DNA of 43,248 bases from a virus (lineage: Duplodnaviria; Caudoviricetes). Under the pieces are notes generated by a model that was given only the letters and a program-made list of their open reading frames with translations, searched no databases and had not been told where the DNA came from. Every line of letters begins with the position of its first letter. Positions within the stretch are counted from its first letter, which is position 1. Made by a program: the position numbers and the translations under genes. Positions 34,919 to 43,248 of this stretch are shown here, one piece after another. The stretch covers positions 1 through 43,248 of IMG/VR virus record IMGVR_UViG_3300025053_000005; one strand, 5' to 3'.

Positions 34919-36658
34919 ATGGCATACGAAGACATCGCGGCAGACGTAACAATCGACAACGTAACCAAGGTCATCGACTACGTTGGTAATGCCCACGGCG
35001 CGGCTGGCGCGGGGTACTACACAGGTATCTATTTGCATCGCTGGCTAGGCAGCTTGGCAGATGATGCGCAAGCCTCGACAGGCTCTGGCGACTACATGGA
35101 CATGACCAAGCTCACGCCATCGAGTCGAAACGGTATTGACCAGATTATCCAGATGCTCAACGGCTACACGCTGACTGTGACCTTGATCGAGCACTTGTAC
35201 GACTGCTCGATCATCATGAACGGTGGCGACGACATCTACGATGGTTTCACACTGATCACGGCAGAAGGCTGCGACATGCAGATCGTGCAGAATGGCGCGA
35301 TCGTCGTCAATGACTTCTGGAACACGATTCCGAGCGGTCAAACTACCAAGGGATTGAACCGCGACCTGACGAAAGGTATCGCTGCTCGCTTCCTGCTCAA
35401 GGTGCGCAGCGCCGGTGTAGACATCGACTTGCGCCGGGTGCTAGGTCAGACCCGCGTGTATGGATACACCAACTCAGAGTTCTTGGTCAACGGCTCCGCT
35501 CGTGGCAATAACGTGATCGCGTTGAACTATGCGGCGGACAACAACAACTTGACAGCTGCCGGCACGGTCGCGACCTGGACGGACATCACCCTGACGACAG
35601 AAGGCTACAACGCCATCGACGTAGATGCCAACGCTGTCAATGAGTACTACTACAGCAAGTGGAATGTCAACAAGCCTACACGCACAATCAATAACTTCTA
35701 TGAGCGCATCAAGTATCTCCAGCGCCAAGGCTCGGCAGAAACCTTGTACGGCTTGAATGGTGAACTGTTCCGTGGCGTGACCCACCAGATCGCTTACAGC
35801 ACGTTGACAGGTTTATTCGACGACAGCAACCCAGTGACGTTCTCTAACGGCGCAACGGCGCAGATTCTGGCCGACGATGGATCGGGCGTCATGTGGGTAC
35901 AGCTGCTGACCGGATCACCCCCTGTTGCCACCAATACCATTTCACAGACGGTGCCGGACGCTGCATCGGCCACCATCACCACAATGACTGCGCGCCCACT
36001 GAGCTATCCGGCTTGCGGACAATCGACCGGCTCTGCTCTGCTGGGTGCCTATGGCTTCGGCATTGAGACGGACGACCTGACCAGTAATGACAAGCTTATT
36101 GCTCTGGATGGCGTCGAGCGCACCCCGCCAAACAACCAGACGTTCTACGTCAATGGTGTGGTCAGCACAGAAGACTACGTGTTAGTTGGCCTGAAAAATG
36201 GCGGTGGCACAGACATCGATGCAGGGCAGTTCCTGCTGAATACCACTTTGGTTGGTGCGGACGCTTCGGTCGTTGTCAAGGTTGGCACAGAGACTCCAGG
36301 CACCGGCACGCAGAGTGCGACAGATACCCCGTCTACAGGCACGATTCGCGTTGAGGGTGATGATGGGGTGTACCACCGCGTCGCCTATACCGGGATTACG
36401 ATTGGCGCATCGACAATGACCTTTACTGGCTGTACGGGCGCACCTGCGGCGACAGCGAACAACGACGTGTACATCAGCTACATCGACAAACTGGCGGACG
36501 CTACCACGCTGTCCTACCAAGCCACCTACCACTCATCACGCAACCTGTTCGCTCGGGTACGGGATGGTAAGACGACCCCGATCAAGACTTTCGAGGGTAC
36601 AGGCACATTCGGCTCTGCCGGTGGTTCTATCTCTGTGTCCCGCCAGACTGACGAGTAA
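34919..36658 (+). CDS. Large hypothetical protein, likely virion-associated
   Basis: 579 aa, Thr/Gly/Asp-rich, in the late operon. Confidence 0.75.
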   Translation: MAYEDIAADVTIDNVTKVIDYVGNAHGAAGAGYYTGIYLHRWLGSLADDAQASTGSGDYMDMTKLTPSSRNGIDQIIQMLNGYTLTVTLIEHLYDCSIIMNGGDDIYDGFTLITAEGCDMQIVQNGAIVVNDFWNTIPSGQTTKGLNRDLTKGIAARFLLKVRSAGVDIDLRRVLGQTRVYGYTNSEFLVNGSARGNNVIALNYAADNNNLTAAGTVATWTDITLTTEGYNAIDVDANAVNEYYYSKWNVNKPTRTINNFYERIKYLQRQGSAETLYGLNGELFRGVTHQIAYSTLTGLFDDSNPVTFSNGATAQILADDGSGVMWVQLLTGSPPVATNTISQTVPDAASATITTMTARPLSYPACGQSTGSALLGAYGFGIETDDLTSNDKLIALDGVERTPPNNQTFYVNGVVSTEDYVLVGLKNGGGTDIDAGQFLLNTTLVGADASVVVKVGTETPGTGTQSATDTPSTGTIRVEGDDGVYHRVAYTGITIGASTMTFTGCTGAPAATANNDVYISYIDKLADATTLSYQATYHSSRNLFARVRDGKTTPIKTFEGTGTFGSAGGSISVSRQTDE

Positions 36659-36660
36659 GC

Positions 36661-37038
36661 ATGTTCTACGTTCTAACGCTAGGCGATGCGGTAATGGTGA
36701 CGGAATCAAACCCGTACTCATTGCCGCTCGCGCTTTGGTCTATCCACGAAGTTGACGGGACTATCCCTGATCTGAATACTCATGCGTGGGATTTCCAGAG
36801 CGATGGGTTCGTAAAGTTCGGCGGGAATCTATCCCGCGTGGATTTTATCTTGCGCTTCACCGCCTCCGAGTGGGAAGCGGCGGCCACGTCATCCGACATC
36901 AACATCAAGCAGGGCATGGCATTGATTCTCGCCGCTGAATACATCGACGTAGCAGATATGCGCACCATGATGCTGGTCGGCTATTGCGCCATGATCGGAC
37001 TGATCCTTGATTCCCGCGTGGCGGAGATACTGGCATGA
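36661..37038 (+). CDS. Hypothetical protein resembling fibre-associated chaperones
   Basis: LSRVDFILRFT..E...AAEYIDV.D...GLI...R.AEILA. Confidence 0.6.
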   Translation: MFYVLTLGDAVMVTESNPYSLPLALWSIHEVDGTIPDLNTHAWDFQSDGFVKFGGNLSRVDFILRFTASEWEAAATSSDINIKQGMALILAAEYIDVADMRTMMLVGYCAMIGLILDSRVAEILA

Positions 37039-38897
37039 CTGCGCCCGTTTACGCGACCGACTTAGCTACCACGACTGCCGACACCACCAAAGGAACGATC
37101 TATCGGCAAGATTCGACCTCGGCGCTAACCACTACCGGATGCCTCGGTACGCTAACGCATGGCGAGCCTACAGGTAGCACGGCGGGTGGACTTCCTACGC
37201 AAGATACGGACTACTTTATTCTTGGGGTAGCCACTGCCGACAAGTCTTTCAATGCTACCGGTGTAGGCGGCTTGGGTGCAGGTACAACCAACGCAGCCTC
37301 GCTACCTACTGATGGCGCATTCCTATTCTGGCAGATGTTCACTTGCCCGAATTCGGTATCAGCTAAAGCCAGCGGGGGCATTCAGTGCCTTGTGGGTAGC
37401 TCTGTAGCCAACTACTACAGGTTCTATGTGGATGGTGACGATACGCACCCCTACGGTGGCTGGAAATGCAACCCGATCAACCCCTCGGTAACGCCTAGCG
37501 CGACACAGGGTACGCCCACAGGGACCAACCAGTATTTCGGTGTGGCGTACAACGTGGACAACGCGGTAGCCAAGGGAAATCCCGCTGCATTGGGCGCGAT
37601 CCGCTTTGGGCGCTGTTATCTTCTGTGTACCGCAGGTGACGTTACCAACGGCTACGCCACGTTCACCGGGGCGGGTACATTCAACGACTACAACGACGGC
37701 ACGAATGGCTGGAACCGTCTCGGCCTGATGCAGCCGGATGGCGGTTCTGCCTACAAGATGCAGGGGCTGTTCCAGATGGGGTCAGCCGCAACAGCGGTTG
37801 ATTTCCGCGACAGCAACAAGACCATCAACATCCAGGCAACACCGTTCGTCACAGCCAATTTCAACACCTTTGAGGTTGTGAATGCCGCAAGTCGGGTAGA
37901 TTGGACAGGCATCACCATCAACTCGCTCGGCACCGTGTCGCGAGGCCGTTTCATCATGACGGACAATGCAGACGTCAACAAAGACAACTGCACCTTTAAT
38001 GACTTGGGTACTTTCTCGTATCTATCGGGGGCCACTGTTCTGAATACAACGTACCGCCGCTGCCTACAAGTCACTTTGGGCGGAGCTACGCTGACGGCGG
38101 TAAAGTTCGATAAGTCTGACGCTGCTATCGCACTGGCTTGTGGCTCTTCGGTATCCACCATAAGTAATACAGACTTTATTTCATCAGGCACAGGTCACGC
38201 CATTGAGATCACAGGTGGCACAAGTCACACCCTGACAGGCATCACCTTCACAGGCTACGCCAGCGGCAATGGTAGCACCGGCAACGAAGCCGTCTATGTG
38301 AACATCGGCGCTGGGGAAGTGACCATCTACGCCGACTCGACATTCAGCTACCGCACTGCCGGGGCGACTGTGACCGTCATCGCTGGCTCAGTGGCTTTCC
38401 GGGTCGATGCACGAAAGTCTGACGGCACACTGGTTTCCGGCGCAAGCATCGCCCTGTTCGCCAAGGACGCGACCGGCGACTTGCCGTATCAGGACACAGT
38501 GACAATCACCAACAGTGGCACGACGGCGACTGTATCGCATACCGGCCACAACATGCTGACCAATGACAAGGTGCTGATCGAAGGCGCGAGCCTGATGGCG
38601 AACAACGGCGTTTACACGATCACCTACATCAGCGCCAACAGCTACAGTTACACGATGGGTAGCACGCCCGGCAGCGACCCCACAGGCACGATCAAGGCGA
38701 CCTGGACTGCGCTGTACGAGGCCAACGTCACGGCGGGCTTCCTGAGTGCTTCGCGGGTATTCTCGGTAAACCAGCCCGTCACTGGTTGGGCGCGCAAATC
38801 GACTTCCGCACCGTATTACCAGACAGCGCTTGTGTCCGGTGAGATTGATTCATCGGCGGGGCTTCTCCTGACCGCACTTTTATTGCCGGACGAATAA
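37035..38897 (+). CDS. Large beta-rich fibre/decoration-like protein with an FCCH-like repeat
   Basis: 620 aa; beta-helix-like middle; TATVSHTGHNMLTNDKVLIEGA...NGVYTIT. Confidence 0.75.
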   Translation: MTAPVYATDLATTTADTTKGTIYRQDSTSALTTTGCLGTLTHGEPTGSTAGGLPTQDTDYFILGVATADKSFNATGVGGLGAGTTNAASLPTDGAFLFWQMFTCPNSVSAKASGGIQCLVGSSVANYYRFYVDGDDTHPYGGWKCNPINPSVTPSATQGTPTGTNQYFGVAYNVDNAVAKGNPAALGAIRFGRCYLLCTAGDVTNGYATFTGAGTFNDYNDGTNGWNRLGLMQPDGGSAYKMQGLFQMGSAATAVDFRDSNKTINIQATPFVTANFNTFEVVNAASRVDWTGITINSLGTVSRGRFIMTDNADVNKDNCTFNDLGTFSYLSGATVLNTTYRRCLQVTLGGATLTAVKFDKSDAAIALACGSSVSTISNTDFISSGTGHAIEITGGTSHTLTGITFTGYASGNGSTGNEAVYVNIGAGEVTIYADSTFSYRTAGATVTVIAGSVAFRVDARKSDGTLVSGASIALFAKDATGDLPYQDTVTITNSGTTATVSHTGHNMLTNDKVLIEGASLMANNGVYTITYISANSYSYTMGSTPGSDPTGTIKATWTALYEANVTAGFLSASRVFSVNQPVTGWARKSTSAPYYQTALVSGEIDSSAGLLLTALLLPDE

Positions 38898-39121
38898 TGG
38901 CCTACGACTCTGAATACGATGGCCGGATGATCGCTGCCACTCGCAATATCGAGGGGTTGTTCGTGGCGGTAAACCATTTCGAGCAGAAAAGAGCGGACGA
39001 TGCCGCACGGGTAGAATCCATGATCGCCACGATCACCCAGCTTACCCAGCAGGTCGTCGCCCTTAATCAAGCCGTGGCCCTGCTTAAAGCGCAATCGTTG
39101 TACTGCGGGGTGACTGAGTGA
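38897..39121 (+). CDS. Small coiled-coil protein
   Basis: ITQLTQQVVALNQAVALL heptads. Confidence 0.6.
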   Translation: MAYDSEYDGRMIAATRNIEGLFVAVNHFEQKRADDAARVESMIATITQLTQQVVALNQAVALLKAQSLYCGVTE

Positions 39122-40398
39122 TCTCCATACACTGGCCCAGCAAGGTGATCAGCGTGCCTCGCGCAGACATGCTGCTGGTGCAATCGGCCCCTACTGAAAT
39201 ACGAGAACTTGATGTAGAAGATTTTCGCCTTGCCTTGAAGAGCCTCGAAGATGATCCGATCGGGATGGCCTATGCAGATACCCACCGGCACAATCCGCCC
39301 GTTACCGTGGGCGGCGTTACGCTTGCCCGTGTGATCGAGATTGTCAACGGCTACACGGTGACGTTTGAAGATGGCCAATACGCGGTCAACATCGTGGGCG
39401 CGAACAGCAACATAGGCGACCGGGTAAACGTCAACCAGGTATCGGTGCGCTCCGCTAACTCGGCAGGGCTTACCCAGATCAGAACCGTGGAGGCTGGCGC
39501 TTTCGGCGGGGTAGTGGCACTGGACGTGACGCACGGATACCCAGGAACGGGCTACGTTGACGGCATCCCCATTGGAACCCATGCCCGACCCAGCAACAAC
39601 GTGGCAGACGCGGCGTTCATCGCGGAATTGCGCGGTATTGAGGTTATCGTCGTACACGGCGAAATGGTGCTGACATCAGGGGATGACCTGAGTGGCTATA
39701 CGATTCGCGGCGAGAACGCTATTACCACGATGGTAACAATCGAAGCTGGGGCGAACGTAAGTAATTGTCAGTTCGAGGACATGATCATCTCCAATTCGGT
39801 GCTGGATGGCTACGCCTACACCAAGCACTGCTCCGTCAATAACGTCGACGGAATAGAGGGCTATGTGGAACTGGCAATGTTGTCCGGCAACCTCAGTCTC
39901 GCCGGCACGCAAAACACGTATTTCATTTCGTGCAAGTCAGGGTGCGTCGGGCTTGGCACAGCTGATCTTCCAGTGCTGAGCATGGCAGGGTCTGGTCGGC
40001 ATGTAGCGTTCCGAGGATACGAAGGGCCAATAAAAATCACCAACAGCACCGACCCCGACAACACTATCTGTATCGACGTCTCGAGCGGAGCCACTATCAC
40101 AATCGACCCATCCTGCACGGCTGGTAATATCTACGTCGGGGGGATCGCTCACCTCCCGCCAACTGCCCACGGCATGACCGTGCATCTTGACCGGCAACTG
40201 GACCAGAAGAGCATCGCTGATGCCGTATGGAGCCATGCCAGTGCCGCCCAGATGATCACCCGCCTGGCCGAAGCCTGGGGCCGTCTGGGGCTGGATGTCA
40301 GCAAACCGCTGGTCACCGGACAAACCAGCATCACCTTCGGCGACATCGCCATGGCGCTCACAGGTGACGCCACCAGCACCACGGTCACCAGGCAGTAA
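39118..40398 (+). CDS. Hypothetical beta-helix-like structural protein
   Basis: 426 aa; SIADAVWSH motif near the C-terminus. Confidence 0.7.
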   Translation: MISIHWPSKVISVPRADMLLVQSAPTEIRELDVEDFRLALKSLEDDPIGMAYADTHRHNPPVTVGGVTLARVIEIVNGYTVTFEDGQYAVNIVGANSNIGDRVNVNQVSVRSANSAGLTQIRTVEAGAFGGVVALDVTHGYPGTGYVDGIPIGTHARPSNNVADAAFIAELRGIEVIVVHGEMVLTSGDDLSGYTIRGENAITTMVTIEAGANVSNCQFEDMIISNSVLDGYAYTKHCSVNNVDGIEGYVELAMLSGNLSLAGTQNTYFISCKSGCVGLGTADLPVLSMAGSGRHVAFRGYEGPIKITNSTDPDNTICIDVSSGATITIDPSCTAGNIYVGGIAHLPPTAHGMTVHLDRQLDQKSIADAVWSHASAAQMITRLAEAWGRLGLDVSKPLVTGQTSITFGDIAMALTGDATSTTVTRQ

Positions 40399-40601
40399 TG
40401 AGCATCAACGCCCGCGCCATCGCCACGCTGGGGATTGGCTTTGGCGCGCTGGCCATATCCTCCATCGGCTTCAATGCAGGCGACATCCTCATCCCGCCGC
40501 CCATCGCCCCACGCCGCAGCTCAGGCAGGCTGATGAGCACGCATTCTCTACCGCGCGGCCCACGAGAGGATGAAGATGCGCTGCTTTTACTGCTGTTGTG
40601 A
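40398..40601 (+). CDS. Small hypothetical protein
   Basis: TAATG coupling; ends EDEDALLLLLL. Confidence 0.55.
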   Translation: MSINARAIATLGIGFGALAISSIGFNAGDILIPPPIAPRRSSGRLMSTHSLPRGPREDEDALLLLLL

Positions 40602-40647
40602 AATTGTCCCACTTTTCCTAAGTTTGGAACAGCCTTATCAGTAGCCT
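40598..40647 (+). promoter_or_regulatory. Late promoter, copy 2
   Basis: Second copy of the 35-bp element plus TAGCCT, upstream of the protease-capsid gene. Confidence 0.65.
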
Positions 40648-40674
40648 GCTTGTATTCCTCACCGGAGATACGAA

Positions 40675-42540
40675 ATGCAGCGTGAACTACCCATGCAGAT
40701 GCGGCAAGCCGCATTCCAACCTGCCACCCTGAACGAAGCCGACCGCACCGTCGAGCTGGTGTGGACCACCGGCGCCTCCGTGCGCCGCATGGACTTCTGG
40801 ACAGGCCGCGCCTATTACGAAGAACTCTCCCTTGACCCCGAACATATCGACCTGACCCGCCTGAACAACGGCGCGCCGCTGCTCAACTCCCATTCCGCCT
40901 CTGATCTTGTCGACGTGATCGGCGTAGTCGAGCGCGCCTGGCTGGAAGGCAACGAAGGCCGCGCAGTAGTTCGTATCGACGCCGGCGAGATCGATGTGCT
41001 GCGCAAGGTCAAGGACGGAATCCTGCGCAACGTGTCGGTCGGCTACGCGGTCAGAAAATACCAGATCGAGGAAGGCGACATCCCCGTCTATCGCGCCATT
41101 GACTGGGAGCCGATGGAATTGTCGCTAGTCCCCATCGGCGCAGACGCTGGCGCAGGAACCCGCGCTGCACAAGCCTCACCCTGCGAATTCATTACCCACC
41201 GGGCAGCCGCCCAAAACCCGAAGGAAAAAATCATGCCTGAAATCACACCGGCCCCCGCCGATCTCGACGCTATCCGCGCCGAAGCCGCACTCGCCGAGCG
41301 CGCCCGCGTTTCCGATATCACCACCCTGTGCGAGCGCCACGCCGTGGCCCACTTGCGCGACGGCCTGGTCAATGGCGGCACCACGCTGGATAACGCCCGT
41401 GGCGCCATCCTCGAAGCTGTTGCCGCCCGCGATGCCGGCGGAACCGCGCAGCGCATGCCGCATGTCGTCACCCTGGTAGACGAAACCGACACCCGCCGCG
41501 AAGCCGTCGAAAACGCTATCCTGCATCGCGCCACCCCGGGCCGCGTCAAACTCACCGACGCAGGGCGACAGTATCGTGGCCTCAGCCTGATCGAGATGGG
41601 CCGTGAAATGCTCGAAGCCTCCGGCGAAAGCACGCGCGGCATGGATAAGCTGCAACTGGCGCAACGTGCCTTGTCCACCAGCGATTTCCCCATCATCCTG
41701 GCCAACGTCGCCAACAAGACGCTGCGTGCAGGCTATGAGGCCGCCCCGCAAACCTTCAAGCCTTTCACCAAGCAGACCAGCGCGCCCGACTTCAAAACCA
41801 TTCAGCGCTCCGCTTTTGGCGACGCGCCGACCCTTAAAAAAGTCAACGAGCACGGCGAATTCACCGTCGGCACCATCGGCGAAGGCAAAGAGAGCTACCA
41901 GCTCGCCACTTATGGTCGCATCGTCAGCATCACGCGCCAGACCATCATCAACGACGACCTCGGCGCCTTTGCCGATCTGCCCGGCAAGTTTGGCCGCGCC
42001 GCTGCGGATCTGGAAAGCGACATCGTGTGGGGCATCATCACCGCCAACGCCGCGATGAATGACACTTACGCGCTGTTCCACGCCAACCACGGCAACCTGG
42101 CCGGCACCAACGCCGCCATCGCAGTCGCCTCCCTGGGCCTGGCCCGCGCAGCCATGCGCAAGCAGACCAGTATCGACGGCAACCCGATCAACGTCTCCGC
42201 CGCCTACCTGCTGGTCCCCGCCGCCCTGGAACTGGTCGCCCAGCAATACACCAGCGCCGATTTCGTCAGCGCCAAGTCCAGCGACATCAACCCGTTCAAA
42301 GGCACGCTGCAAGTCATCGCCGAGCCGCGCCTAGACACCAGCAGCGCCACCGCCTGGTATCTGGCTTCCGACCCGATGCAGATCGACACCATCGAGTACA
42401 GCTACCTCGAAGGAAACGAAGGCGTTTACATCGAAACCCGCAACGGCTTCGAAGTGGACGGGCTGGAGATCAAGGCCCGCCTCGACTTCGCGGCCAAGGC
42501 CATCGACCACCGTGGCCTGTTCAAGAATATCGGCGCTTAA
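40675..42540 (+). CDS. Prohead protease - major capsid protein fusion
   Basis: PLLNSH, VSVGY, WEPMELSLVPIGAD, then a gpT-like capsid part (STSDFP.IL, TYGR..SITRQ.IINDDL, RLDF.AKAID.RG). Possible internal start at 41233 after AAGGA. Confidence 0.93.
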   Translation: MQRELPMQMRQAAFQPATLNEADRTVELVWTTGASVRRMDFWTGRAYYEELSLDPEHIDLTRLNNGAPLLNSHSASDLVDVIGVVERAWLEGNEGRAVVRIDAGEIDVLRKVKDGILRNVSVGYAVRKYQIEEGDIPVYRAIDWEPMELSLVPIGADAGAGTRAAQASPCEFITHRAAAQNPKEKIMPEITPAPADLDAIRAEAALAERARVSDITTLCERHAVAHLRDGLVNGGTTLDNARGAILEAVAARDAGGTAQRMPHVVTLVDETDTRREAVENAILHRATPGRVKLTDAGRQYRGLSLIEMGREMLEASGESTRGMDKLQLAQRALSTSDFPIILANVANKTLRAGYEAAPQTFKPFTKQTSAPDFKTIQRSAFGDAPTLKKVNEHGEFTVGTIGEGKESYQLATYGRIVSITRQTIINDDLGAFADLPGKFGRAAADLESDIVWGIITANAAMNDTYALFHANHGNLAGTNAAIAVASLGLARAAMRKQTSIDGNPINVSAAYLLVPAALELVAQQYTSADFVSAKSSDINPFKGTLQVIAEPRLDTSSATAWYLASDPMQIDTIEYSYLEGNEGVYIETRNGFEVDGLEIKARLDFAAKAIDHRGLFKNIGA

Positions 42541-42550
42541 CCCTGTGACG

Positions 42551-42568
42551 GGGCGGCAGACGCCGCCC
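42551..42568 (+). terminator. GC-rich hairpin after the capsid gene
   Basis: GGGCGGC-AGAC-GCCGCCC; no clear U-tract. Confidence 0.35.
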
Positions 42569-42597
42569 TGATCTGAATAAACCAAAAGGAAATCGAC

Positions 42598-42960
42598 ATG
42601 GAAAATTACAACCAGACGGGCGCGATGATGGATTACACCGCCAGTTCAAATATCGTCAGTGGGCAGGTTGTCGCTGTTGGAAATATGCTCGGCGTCGCCT
42701 CCGGCGATATTGCCTCCGGTGCAGTAGGTGTTCTCAAAATGCAGGGCGAGTTTATTGTTCCTAAAGTCTCGGCAGCCGTCATCGCCCAGGGCGAGACCTT
42801 GTCCTGGGACGCCAGCGCCGGTGCTTTTGATGACAACCTGGCGACGCCGGCATCCGGCGACATCACAGGCTCCGCTACTTATGCGCGCGAGAGCGCAGGA
42901 AACGGCGTAACCAGCATGCTGGTCATGTTCACCAACGCACCCGGCACACGTACAGCCTGA
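42598..42960 (+). CDS. DUF2190 capsid cement protein
   Basis: NY.Q.G...YTA...I.SG.VV.VG..LGVA..DIA.G..G.L...G.F..PK. Confidence 0.85.
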   Translation: MENYNQTGAMMDYTASSNIVSGQVVAVGNMLGVASGDIASGAVGVLKMQGEFIVPKVSAAVIAQGETLSWDASAGAFDDNLATPASGDITGSATYARESAGNGVTSMLVMFTNAPGTRTA

Positions 42961-43248
42961 TGACTGATTTTGCCGCCCACGCCGCCCGCGCAATCCACCG
43001 CCTGGGCAGCGCCGTGACCATCACCCCGACCGGCCAGCCTGCTCGGGTGGTCAACGCCATTTTCAGCACCACGCCAGGCTTATCACTCGGCATGATCGAT
43101 GGATACAGCCCGATGTTGCGGATGACGATGACGGATGGCAGCGGACTGGCAGAAGGGAATCCCGCCGTCGTCAATGGGGTGAGCTACACCATCTCGCGCC
43201 TGCAGACCGATCACGATGTCGGCGATGTCCTCGCCACGCTGGAAACCG
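42960..43248 (+). CDS. Head-closure (gpFII-like) protein, wraps to position 134
   Basis: MTDFAAHAARAIHRLG...VNGVSYTISRLQTDHDVGDVLATLETA across the circular join. Confidence 0.7.
   Translation, partial: MTDFAAHAARAIHRLGSAVTITPTGQPARVVNAIFSTTPGLSLGMIDGYSPMLRMTMTDGSGLAEGNPAVVNGVSYTISRLQTDHDVGDVLATLET
43123..43248. repeat. Terminal direct repeat, right copy
   Basis: Identical to 4-129. Confidence 0.95.

Overview
The window is an apparently complete temperate siphovirus genome of about 43.1 kb. Bases 4-129 repeat exactly at 43123-43248, so the contig closes into a circle, and attP (a tRNA-Ser-like 3' end) is intact. The host is probably a GC-rich proteobacterium (inference from gene content). 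Modules: lambda-like head genes (Nu1/GpA terminase, gpW, portal, protease-capsid fusion, DUF2190), a GTA-like tail tip (DUF2460, DUF2163, NlpC/P60, large tail protein), lysis genes, int/xis, a cI/cro switch with five operators, primase plus helicase with a palindromic origin candidate, and a ParB-methylase. The standout is a complete integron inside the early leftward operon: an IntI-family integrase (15274-16296), an attI crossover (16357/16358) and six gene cassettes, each closed by a canonical attC (16358-18702). All cassette ORFs are inverted relative to their attC and point toward intI-xis-int, so phage-direction promoters rather than a Pc would express them. The intI stop overlaps the xis start, and the last attC is joined into a phage HNH gene. 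Family assignments come from motif recognition by eye; no searches were run.
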